Part shown: in pieces, positions 31,318 through 39,589 of the stretch | How positions within the stretch are numbered: position 1 is the stretch's first letter | How the letters are laid out: the number at the start of each line of letters is the position of its first letter | Origin: Alphaproteobacteria bacterium UBA1908 | Lineage (GTDB): Bacteria > Pseudomonadota > Alphaproteobacteria > Caedimonadales > UBA1908 | DNA: 47,297 nucleotides | NCBI GenBank assembly: GCA_002337525.1 | Contig: DDGG01000027.1 | Location: 376 to 47,672, forward strand | Direction of reading: 5' to 3' | The notes under the pieces: model-generated | Databases searched by the model: none | Told to the model about the DNA's origin: nothing | What the model saw: only the letters and a program-made list of their open reading frames with translations | Position numbers and translations under genes: made by a program

Positions 31318-31346
31318 AACGTACCGTACACTTATGTGTTCGTCAA
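31318..31346 (-). promoter_or_regulatory. Putative sigma70 promoter divergent from the XRE gene
   Basis: Minus strand TTGACG-N17-TACGTT. Confidence 0.45.
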
Positions 31347-31380
31347 GTTTTTTTTCACCTAACTTTTCGGAACTATATTT

Positions 31381-31983
31381 TTGAAAAAGCTTAAAAAAAA
31401 TGATTTAAAAGACCTTATTCACAAATCTGGGCACACACTCAAATCTTTTTGTGAAGCCTATAATTTGTCATTGGGGTCTGTGAAATCCTGGAATACTTTG
31501 GTGCGCAATCCTAGTTATGGAAGCGCTGTCAAAATTTGTAGTGCACTTGAGGCAGAAGGCATCAAGTGTACCCCTGAACTTTTAATGGGCCGCCCCAGCT
31601 ATATTTTGCGAGATTTAAGTAAAGAGCCTGAGCCCTATGGAGATAATCAGCTTGCAACAATTAATGACGTAAGTGATTTCAAGAAAAACAACAAGGATAG
31701 TGTGCTGCTACTCGTCTGGGACGAAAAAATGGCGCCTTATTTTGTTGAGGGGGATCATGTTGGAGGCACAAAGCTAAAACCTGAAGACTTCCCGAAAGCT
31801 CACCGCAAAATTTGCATCCTAAAAGAAAAAAATAAAGAAAAAGTCATACGTAATATTACATATAAAGATGGTGATTTTTATTCCTATTATGCCAAGAGAC
31901 CTTCACAAATTAAACTTGGTGAAATTGACTTTATTGCTCCCATTATCTTTGTTAGAAAGAAAGATCCCTTCAACGTCCGATAA
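31381..31983 (+). CDS. XRE-family HTH regulator with a degenerate S24 (cI/LexA-like) C-terminal domain
   Basis: N-terminal HTH (TLKSFCEAYNLSLGSVKSW..PS....KIC.AL); C-terminal VWDEKMAPYFVEGDHV resembles V.GDSM.P....GD. Confidence 0.75.
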   Translation: MKKLKKNDLKDLIHKSGHTLKSFCEAYNLSLGSVKSWNTLVRNPSYGSAVKICSALEAEGIKCTPELLMGRPSYILRDLSKEPEPYGDNQLATINDVSDFKKNNKDSVLLLVWDEKMAPYFVEGDHVGGTKLKPEDFPKAHRKICILKEKNKEKVIRNITYKDGDFYSYYAKRPSQIKLGEIDFIAPIIFVRKKDPFNVR

Positions 31984-31989
31984 TATTTT

Positions 31990-32018
31990 TTGACACAAGG
32001 GCAAAATTAATTTATAAG
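31990..32018 (+). promoter_or_regulatory. Putative sigma70 promoter of the autoinducer-binding-domain gene
   Basis: TTGACA-N17-TATAAG. Confidence 0.55.
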
Positions 32019-32069
32019 TACCCCCATAAAAATAATAACCATAAAGGTTATTAAGGGGGGACTATTAAA

Positions 32070-32585
32070 ATGTCATTAATATTATTACCGTTTAACAATA
32101 AAACGCGCCTTATTTTTAATTCAATTTCAAAGAATATTGGACTTATAGGTGTTGATTACTTAGCATATACAATAGAAACAGAATCAGGTTCATATTACTA
32201 CTCATCAAACGCAATATGGCAGGAATTATATACTGGAAAAAATCTTGCAAAAAAAGACCCTATCCATGTACGAGCCAGAGGAGGCACTCCCTATTTACGC
32301 TGGGACGCACTCCCCGGTGGAAGTCCTATGCTGAATATTATGGAATTACAGTGTAAAATATGCCAAATTTTTGATGGTTTCTCAATCATGAGCCAGTCAA
32401 ATCATGGTGTAGAGATCATTTCGCTTGGCACGTCACACCAGCCTTTAGATATCACTAGGAAAATCCTGCAAAATATTGAGACTTTCAAAGAAATAAAGGA
32501 CTGGATGAGCCAAATAGCAAAGGATCAATGCACACTAGAGACAACAGAATCTTTTCCTGAAGCAGCTCTTAAAAGAGCTGGGTAA
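32070..32585 (+). CDS. Stand-alone LuxR-type autoinducer-binding domain protein (no HTH)
   Basis: W50-x3-Y54-x8-D63-P64-x13-W78...G103 reproduces the LuxR/TraR ligand-pocket spacing; the protein ends at 171 aa. Confidence 0.75.
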   Translation: MSLILLPFNNKTRLIFNSISKNIGLIGVDYLAYTIETESGSYYYSSNAIWQELYTGKNLAKKDPIHVRARGGTPYLRWDALPGGSPMLNIMELQCKICQIFDGFSIMSQSNHGVEIISLGTSHQPLDITRKILQNIETFKEIKDWMSQIAKDQCTLETTESFPEAALKRAG

Positions 32586-33011
32586 AAGATTCTATTTTAA
32601 AAACAATTGAAGATACATTTAAGTTCATCAGTTGTTTTTATTGGTTGTATCCACCAAGTTTGAAGAGCAAGATTTTTAAGTTGGTGGATATATAGCCTCT
32701 AAAGTCACAGCTTCCTATTTCAGAGCAAAGATCTGATCAATAAAAGCGGCGTAATAACGCACATGTTGGAAAGATCAACAACACAAATCTTTGTAAATGA
32801 GACCCAGCTTTTCCAAAAAAGAAACACACTTGTTACCAAGGCAAAGAAAATCATAAGGATCAATCCAGACAACTTTGCTCTTTTCACCCAAACCCTTAAA
32901 ACATCTTAAGTGAGGGAGTGACCTTTGAGGCTCTCTTCCCCCCTGTCTGGACCATTATCTCCCTAACATACTGAAAAAGAAAAGTCCTCTATGTTTTCAG
33001 AATCACATCTC

Positions 33012-34088
33012 TTAGGAATCAGTTGATTGATGTTCTTTTTCTACTAACGCTACATTAGGAGCAGACTGGAAAATTGGATTTTTGTTATACCCCTTAATCT
33101 CGAGCCATTCTTTCCAGGAGCGAGTGCTATAGCCCTTTGGATCTCTCGCATATTCGTATACCAAGGTGATATGTTTCAATCGATTCTCTGCCAAGGATTT
33201 TTTCCAGTCTTTATACGAAGCCTTTGAAATATAATGCAAAGGTTTGCTGCCAATCAAATGTTGACGATCCAAAATGTCTTCAAGGTCAACATTTTTTGCA
33301 TTCTTAAGAGTATCATAATAAACCATGTACTGAGAGGCACGACCACGCCCTCCACGGCAGTGAAAATGGAGATGCGCATCTTCTGGAAGCTTCTTCACAA
33401 AAGCAATAAAATCATCCATGGTCTCAACATCAGGATAAGCATGATCAAGAGTTCGGAAACGACGATAGGTTGCTCCATGACTTTCAACCAGTTCTTGTTC
33501 AGTTAGGACAGGAGCAGGATGCACACGAAGAGGAACTGTCTTGAATATCTCGCCTTTTCTTTTCTCTATCACTTTATAAATATGGGTTGGCGACTCACTT
33601 GCAATCTTTTGTAAAAAGGATTTTTCCGTTTTTTCAGCTTCCTTAAAAGAAATCCCCTTATTGACCGCATTATGACGGCCATATAAAGAAATAGCGTGAC
33701 CATTTGCAAAACCATGAGGTTCCTGGCGTAAATCAACAATATAAATTTTTTTATTTTCTTCGAGAACTTTAATAAGATTACGGAAAGAAACGTCACTGAA
33801 TTGTCCGCTTGCAGAAGCACTTACCAGATCCATACCTTTTCGAGAAGGCAGTTTTTTATTTTCACGGACCCACTTTTTTGTTTTCTTGCTCTGGAAAGTA
33901 TCTTTTGTCGTTCTAAAAGCTTTCGGCATACGAGATCGGTCTGCCTCTGCATCAACAACGACAACTGGCATCTCAATTTTTTGTGTCGCATCAGAGACAG
34001 CTGAAGACTGTGATGGCGTTTTTGCATACACTCCGGTCGCCATAATCGCAAAAACAGAGCTTATTACAGTCAAAATATTTTTTTTCAT
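33012..34088 (-). CDS. Secreted PTP-like phytase / inositol polyphosphate phosphatase
   Basis: Signal peptide, SASGQFS, VDLRQEPHGF.NG, DH..P, P-loop HFHCRGGRGR (CX5R). Start moved to ATG 34088 (GGAG RBS). Confidence 0.85.
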   Translation of the reverse strand: MKKNILTVISSVFAIMATGVYAKTPSQSSAVSDATQKIEMPVVVVDAEADRSRMPKAFRTTKDTFQSKKTKKWVRENKKLPSRKGMDLVSASASGQFSDVSFRNLIKVLEENKKIYIVDLRQEPHGFANGHAISLYGRHNAVNKGISFKEAEKTEKSFLQKIASESPTHIYKVIEKRKGEIFKTVPLRVHPAPVLTEQELVESHGATYRRFRTLDHAYPDVETMDDFIAFVKKLPEDAHLHFHCRGGRGRASQYMVYYDTLKNAKNVDLEDILDRQHLIGSKPLHYISKASYKDWKKSLAENRLKHITLVYEYARDPKGYSTRSWKEWLEIKGYNKNPIFQSAPNVALVEKEHQSTDS

Positions 34089-34224
34089 AAGAAGAGACTC
34101 TCCTAATACCCGCAAACTCTCTTATGGCCCTTCCAAAAGAAAAGTCTGTTTGACAAATTGATTCGGTGATAATATGGGAAATATTTTCATTAATAACAAG
34201 TATTTTATCTCCTTAAAGCTTAAA

Positions 34225-35190
34225 ATGACAAAAAACAAAATCTTCCTTTCTGATGATACGCTGGAAAAGGCCCTCCATCTGCTTAACAGTGGTAAGCTTG
34301 TAGCCTTACCAACTGAAACGGTTTATGGGCTTGCAGCAGATGCCTGTTCTGATAAAGCTGTTGCCTCTGTGTTTGCCCTTAAAGAACGGCCGGCGTTTAA
34401 TCCTCTCATTGCCCATTTTTATAGCCCTGAACAAATTAAAGAATATACAGAGATCACACCTCTGGCAGAGACTCTTTTAAAAAATTTTGCCCCTGGCCCA
34501 CTAACACTTGTCCTCAATAGAAAAAGAACAGCTCCTCTATCAGATCTGGTCACAGCCGGCCTCGATACCCTGGCGGTTCGCATCCCGAACCATCCTATTG
34601 CTCAATACCTTCTTGAAAAATTTGGGCGCCCATTGGCGGCTCCCAGTGCAAATCCTTCAGAAACCTTGAGCCCTACGCAGGCGTCTCACGTCAAAATAGC
34701 CTTTAAAAACTCGAAAAACCGTCCTTTTATTATTGATGGCGGCCCTTGTCAGCAGGGTCTGGAATCAACAATTCTGGATGCCAGAGGTGATACCCCTATT
34801 TTACTGCGACCTGGCGGATTAGCCCTTGAAGAGATAGAGCGCTTAACGGGTATATCAGTTAAACTTGACCCGCAAGATTCCAAAATTAGATCCCCCGGTC
34901 AATTAAAACGCCATTATGCCCCAAAAACACCCTTGAAACTGAACGTTAAGGTTCCTTCAACAGATGTAGCATACCTGGCTTTTGGGCCTACTACATCCTG
35001 TACAGATGAGGCGTGCCTGCAACTTAGTGCCACAAAGGACCTTGAAGAGGCCGCCGCAAATCTTTTTTCCATGCTTAGAAAACTGGACTCTTTTAATAAA
35101 AAAGTTATCTGTGTGGCCCCTATTCCCGAATTTGGCCTTGGACTTGCCATTAATGATAGGTTAAAAAGAGCGAGTTATACTAAGTATTAG
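34225..35190 (+). CDS. tsaC: L-threonylcarbamoyladenylate synthase (Sua5 type)
   Basis: PTETVYGL, K.RP..NPLI.H, APSAN, GLESTI, SPGQL..HYAP and a C-terminal SUA5 domain. Start probably ATG 34225. Confidence 0.95.
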   Translation: MTKNKIFLSDDTLEKALHLLNSGKLVALPTETVYGLAADACSDKAVASVFALKERPAFNPLIAHFYSPEQIKEYTEITPLAETLLKNFAPGPLTLVLNRKRTAPLSDLVTAGLDTLAVRIPNHPIAQYLLEKFGRPLAAPSANPSETLSPTQASHVKIAFKNSKNRPFIIDGGPCQQGLESTILDARGDTPILLRPGGLALEEIERLTGISVKLDPQDSKIRSPGQLKRHYAPKTPLKLNVKVPSTDVAYLAFGPTTSCTDEACLQLSATKDLEEAAANLFSMLRKLDSFNKKVICVAPIPEFGLGLAINDRLKRASYTKY

Positions 35191-35199
35191 GATTATGTA

Positions 35200-35985
35200 T
35201 TGCTTCGAACTTTCTTCCTTTATTGCCTTGTTTTTATATTATTTTCCTTCCCCTCATTTGGCTCCGCTCTTGAACTTGACGAAGAAACAAAAAAACTAAT
35301 TGATACTCTTGCGCATCTTAATAGGTCCACTGGCTATCCAAATCCAACAGCGTATGCATATGCACGGGGAAGCCTTATGACACAAATTTCTGCCCGGCTT
35401 TGTCCTCCCGAAGCTCTTCCTGTCTTCACATCCTTTTGTCCTGAAACTCCTCTTGATTTGGAGAGTTTTGATATCCCTGAAAATAATATTCTTGGACTGG
35501 ATTATCTTTTTAAAGAAGGTCTCTTGAGTGACGAAGTTGAAATTGTCCGACACGAACTGGGGAGGCTTCTTGTCGTTGGGTTTAAAAACGATCAACGAGC
35601 CTATGAGTATCTAGCTCCCTGTGGAAGTGAAGGCTTAAGAACCTTGTTTTTTGCGCTTAGAGACACTGGAAGACCCCACAAGTTTAGAGAATACATGAAA
35701 TTTTATAATCCCCATGAATCAAGTACCTGCAATATATTTCTGAGCAAAAGTCTAGTACCCTATATCTACCCGGAAACACCCGAAGGTAAAGATCTTTTTG
35801 CATCCTGCCCGCCCGAGATTCAGAAAAATATTACAGTGGCTCTTGAACGCCTGAAAGCAAAAGAAAAAAGATTTCAAAATACCAGAAAGCACTTAGACAC
35901 CAGGGCTCCTCCTTCCGGTGACGATTCAATAGAAATTTTAATTGAAACCGATTCTTTAAAAGGTGATGATGATTTGGCAGACTAA
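35200..35985 (+). CDS. Hypothetical secreted protein
   Basis: AGGA RBS, signal peptide, acidic C-terminal tail; no family recognised. Confidence 0.7.
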   Translation: MLRTFFLYCLVFILFSFPSFGSALELDEETKKLIDTLAHLNRSTGYPNPTAYAYARGSLMTQISARLCPPEALPVFTSFCPETPLDLESFDIPENNILGLDYLFKEGLLSDEVEIVRHELGRLLVVGFKNDQRAYEYLAPCGSEGLRTLFFALRDTGRPHKFREYMKFYNPHESSTCNIFLSKSLVPYIYPETPEGKDLFASCPPEIQKNITVALERLKAKEKRFQNTRKHLDTRAPPSGDDSIEILIETDSLKGDDDLAD

Positions 35986-36015
35986 GGGATCAGAACGAGA
36001 TTAAAGGCCTTAAGA

Positions 36016-36708
36016 ATGTATACTTCCCCAAAAAAACAGCTGGTCCAGGCACATCACCTTGCGGCAAGGCTGGGACTCGATGATACCATCTTCACACATC
36101 TTTCAGTACGTTGTCAGGATCATCCTGGTCATTTTTATCTCACACCTTTTGGGAGGCTTTTTCAGGAAATCGACGAAGATTCTCTTTTAACATTAAATCT
36201 TGATGGAACCCTGGTAAAGGGGAACAATGCTCTGAATACGGCAGGAAGTCTTTTGCACAGCGCTCTTTACCAATCACAGTCTCAAACCAATTGCGTTATC
36301 CATCTTCATAGCCCTGCTGCCCTTGCTGTTTCCTGCCTTAAAGAAGGGCTTTTACCCTTAACACAATTTTCAATGATCTTTTATAACCGCCTTGGATATC
36401 ATCCCTTTGAAGGAATTTCTCTGGATCCGGCAGAAAAATCACGTCTTTTAAAAAGCCTTGGCCCTCATAAAGCCATGTTACTACACAACCATGGCCTTCT
36501 TACTGTTGCCGAATCAGTGTCGCAAGCGTTTATGACAGCTTATTATCTAGAGAGAAGCTGTGAGATCCAAATCAGGGCTCAATCAACAGGTCGGCCCTTG
36601 ATTCTCCCCTCTCCCGAGGTTTGTGAAAAAACAGCACAACAATTTGAAGGCCCCGAATACACCGCCCGCGATCGAGCCTGGCAGGCCCTTGTTCAGGCAC
36701 TACTATAG
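36016..36708 (+). CDS. Class II aldolase/adducin family protein
   Basis: THLSVR, G..LHSA, IHLHS, LLHNHGLLT, LERSCEIQ. Confidence 0.92.
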   Translation: MYTSPKKQLVQAHHLAARLGLDDTIFTHLSVRCQDHPGHFYLTPFGRLFQEIDEDSLLTLNLDGTLVKGNNALNTAGSLLHSALYQSQSQTNCVIHLHSPAALAVSCLKEGLLPLTQFSMIFYNRLGYHPFEGISLDPAEKSRLLKSLGPHKAMLLHNHGLLTVAESVSQAFMTAYYLERSCEIQIRAQSTGRPLILPSPEVCEKTAQQFEGPEYTARDRAWQALVQALL

Positions 36709-36722
36709 ATCTTTCTGACTTT

Positions 36723-37877
36723 TTAAGATGGCCCCGAAGACGAGGCTCCGCCAATGACAGAACCATCCGGCTCTGAAAGTGACAAAGCAATCTGGACTGC
36801 TGGATCCTCCTGGGGCCCTTCCATCTTGCCCGGATAAAGCTTGAACTTATGATCCAGGTAGGAAATTCCATGATGCTTATTGGCAAATCTAACATTTGCA
36901 TGATGCAGATCATTCATGGCATTGTGCATAAAAGCCACGGCCTTCTCCTGCAATCCCAAAGCAACAATATCTGAAATAACCGAATTTGACTCTCCAGGAA
37001 TAAGAATTTTTGCTTTTCCTTGAAGTAACATCCCCAAAACAGGACGGTACATACTGGTCTGTCCGAATCGGAAATCGTATAATTTATGATCCTTACCAAC
37101 GGCTTCAAGAGCCTCTATAAAAGCCCTTGTCACATGATCCAGAGGCGCTTCATCACGATGACTACCCTCAACCACTTTTAAATCAGGACTATGTCTTCCT
37201 GTTCTTGGACCATTCAAAACAATAAGGGGAACATCTCCGGAATCCTTGACCGCATATCCCGCCAATGACCTGGCTTCCTCGTCAGAGTATAAACTGGTTG
37301 TGCCATCCGTATTCTCGGCATCTCCTCCAAGGTAAACAATATAGTAAGCTACAGACGTATCGGGAAAGGAAGCCTTGGCCTCTTCATAGACGGCAGCAAC
37401 AGATTCCGGCGATAGAGAAGTTGCAACTCCATTTGTCCAGATAACTTTCTCTGTATTGGGGAGTTTTTCCTTTTGAAACGCCGTGTTTTCTAAATATTCC
37501 GGCAGAAACAACCTGTCTACCATAGACTCGATCTTGGCATGCCTCTCAAAAATCTGGTGGGCCACATGAGCAATTTTCCAGTGCCTGGATCTTAGATCTG
37601 CCGCTTGTTCTTCAATAACATCGAACCCTTTCTGTCCAATCAGGAGAAGAGTGTCCTTTTCTCCTTTAAGATGTGTCTTAAATTTAACGACGTTAGAAGA
37701 ACCATAAAGATCCGGAGACATACCTGTTTGATCTTTAAAGGCTTTTGAAATACCCATTGCCATTGCAAGCTCACCTGAACGGTCATCATCGTAAAAAATA
37801 ACAAGTGCCTCAACACAGTTAAAAACTGACCACACAAGAGTCAGAAGCAAACCGATTAAATAACAATATTTTTTCAT
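36723..37877 (-). CDS. ELM1/GtrOC1-like putative glycosyltransferase with a signal peptide
   Basis: VYLGGD, NGPRTG and PGESNSVISD resemble the ELM1-family motifs LIGG, SRRT and DS.SM.SE; N-terminal signal ends in VEA. Confidence 0.6.
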   Translation of the reverse strand: MKKYCYLIGLLLTLVWSVFNCVEALVIFYDDDRSGELAMAMGISKAFKDQTGMSPDLYGSSNVVKFKTHLKGEKDTLLLIGQKGFDVIEEQAADLRSRHWKIAHVAHQIFERHAKIESMVDRLFLPEYLENTAFQKEKLPNTEKVIWTNGVATSLSPESVAAVYEEAKASFPDTSVAYYIVYLGGDAENTDGTTSLYSDEEARSLAGYAVKDSGDVPLIVLNGPRTGRHSPDLKVVEGSHRDEAPLDHVTRAFIEALEAVGKDHKLYDFRFGQTSMYRPVLGMLLQGKAKILIPGESNSVISDIVALGLQEKAVAFMHNAMNDLHHANVRFANKHHGISYLDHKFKLYPGKMEGPQEDPAVQIALSLSEPDGSVIGGASSSGPS

Positions 37878-37980
37878 GAGTTACCCCCTTAAGGTATTTA
37901 CGTAATCGTTATGCTAACAAAATTGTTAAAAAACCTCAATTGTAAGAAGGCCGTTCTATTACCTCGTCACCCGGAGGAAA

Positions 37981-38190
37981 CACGTTTATTTCTCTGTCAT
38001 CGTGAGGAGACCATCGGTCGACGTCACGATCCAGATTCTGAAGGGCAAGGGCCTAGAGAAGGACTGGATTCTTCAGTCGTTTCACTCCTTCTGAATGACG
38101 AACAGGGGAGACGATCCTTCTGAATGACGGAGCGAGAACGTCATCGTGAGGAGACCATCGGTCGACGTCACGATCCAGATTCTGAAGGGC
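37981..38190 (+). repeat. Composite palindromic repeat cluster 1 (one full element plus a second left arm)
   Basis: GTCATCGTGAGGAGACCATCGGTCGACGTCACGATCCAG twice, CTGGATTCTTCAGTCGTTTCACTCCTTCTGAATGAC, and an extra CCTTCTGAATGAC. Confidence 0.9.
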
Positions 38191-38240
38191 CTTTAAAACT
38201 TGAAGACAAGAATTTTCGGGATCATTCAAACTGAAAGAAA

Positions 38241-38560
38241 GTGAGGGGGCTTCTGTTGCCCGGTGCCCCTCAAACCGCTTCAACAAACCTTAAGCGGCAG
38301 CAGATACTGCTGGAGAAGCCAAAGGAGTATTGAGGTTAGCAACACGAATGTTGCTGTTCGCTGTTGATTTTGCAGCTATAAAATCGTCCGATAACGGTGG
38401 TACGATGCCGAGCAAAAACTACACTTTTAAACGTACGTCGATCCTATGTCACCCCCTCATAAAAGAAACTTTATAATTGGTGGAGGTGTCGGGTACCGCC
38501 CCCGAGTCCGTCCCGCCGATTCTGTGCAGCGTTTATCACCATAGTCAGAATAATACTGAC
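38241..38560 (-). ncRNA. ssrA: tmRNA, circularly permuted two-piece form
   Basis: Acceptor piece ends ...GGCGGTACCCGACACCTCCACCA at 38478. Coding piece starts GGGGGTG at 38456, giving a G3-U70 Ala acceptor stem. Tag frame 38373-38290 ends AAA-stop. 3' hairpin contains GGCAACAGAA. A -10 TATAAT lies at 38567-38572. Confidence 0.93.
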
Positions 38561-38635
38561 ATTTATATTATAGAGCAAAAACTTCAAAAAATAAAGTAAA
38601 TATTTTATAATAAATCGGCTATTAGCAATACTTTT

Positions 38636-39589
38636 CTAAGAGGCCTTTTTATGGCTTTCAATCAGAGTCGTCAGTTGAGGGACAACATCAAAAAGGTCCC
38701 CCACGAGGCCATAATCAGCAATTTGAAAAATGGGAGCCTCTTCATCCTTATTAATGGCCACAATAACCTTGCTTTCTTTCATACCCGCTAAATGCTGAAT
38801 AGCCCCCGAGATGCCCACGGCAATATAAAGGTCCGGCGCCACTATTTTCCCCGTCTGACCAACCTGATAATCATTAGGCACATAGCCAGCATCCACCGCC
38901 GCACGAGAGGCTCCAATGGCCCCTCCTAATAAATCGGCCAATTTTTCAATCATTTGAAAATTTTCACCGTTTTGAAGACCGCGTCCCCCTGAAACAACAA
39001 CATTTGCCGACGTGAGATCCGGCCGATCAGACTTGCTTTCTGACATAGAAACAAAAGAAGATAAAACTGATGTGTCAGATGGAATTGCAATTTTTTCAAC
39101 AGAAGCATTAGAAGACTGTTTTCCTGCCTTTTCAAAAGCTGTTGTACGCACTGTGATAACTTTCCGGGCATCAGAAGATTGTACTGTTGCAAGGGCGTTC
39201 CCCGCATAGATAGGGCGAACAAACGTGTCCGAAGACTCGATTCCAACAATATCAGAAATTTGTGATACATCGAGAAGGGCTGCCACACGAGGCAATACAT
39301 TTTTCCCGAAAGTAGAGGCTGGAGCCAGAATATGTGTGTACGTTTCTGCTAACGATAAAACAACATCTGTCAGACTCTCCGCCAATCCATGTGCAAGTGT
39401 TACATCTTCTGCCAGGAAGACTTTGGTAACTCCTTCTATCGAGGCTGCTTCCCTGGCAACAGCAGCACATCCTTCACCCGCCACCAAGACATGAGCTTCC
39501 TGGTTTAAAAAGCTGGCAGCACCAATGGTAGCAAGAGTTCCACCCGTCAGTGTTTCATTTGTGTGTTCTGCAATAATAAGGGTTACCAT
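38636..39589 (-). CDS. etfA: Electron transfer flavoprotein alpha subunit
   Basis: GASRAAVDAG, QVGQTGKIVAP.LY.A.GISGAIQHLAGM. Confidence 0.97.
   Translation of the reverse strand: MVTLIIAEHTNETLTGGTLATIGAASFLNQEAHVLVAGEGCAAVAREAASIEGVTKVFLAEDVTLAHGLAESLTDVVLSLAETYTHILAPASTFGKNVLPRVAALLDVSQISDIVGIESSDTFVRPIYAGNALATVQSSDARKVITVRTTAFEKAGKQSSNASVEKIAIPSDTSVLSSFVSMSESKSDRPDLTSANVVVSGGRGLQNGENFQMIEKLADLLGGAIGASRAAVDAGYVPNDYQVGQTGKIVAPDLYIAVGISGAIQHLAGMKESKVIVAINKDEEAPIFQIADYGLVGDLFDVVPQLTTLIESHKKAS

Noticed and set aside
32763-32909. 48-codon ORF as the missing LuxR HTH
   Set aside because: No LuxR HTH motif and no RBS.
37911-38286. ORFs 37911-38123 (+) and 38053-38286 (-)
   Set aside because: They are translations of the palindromic repeat and the tmRNA 3' end.
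38190-38480. Genomic island integrated at the tmRNA or at tRNA-Ile2
   Set aside because: No integrase and no duplicated 3' end (att site) in the window.
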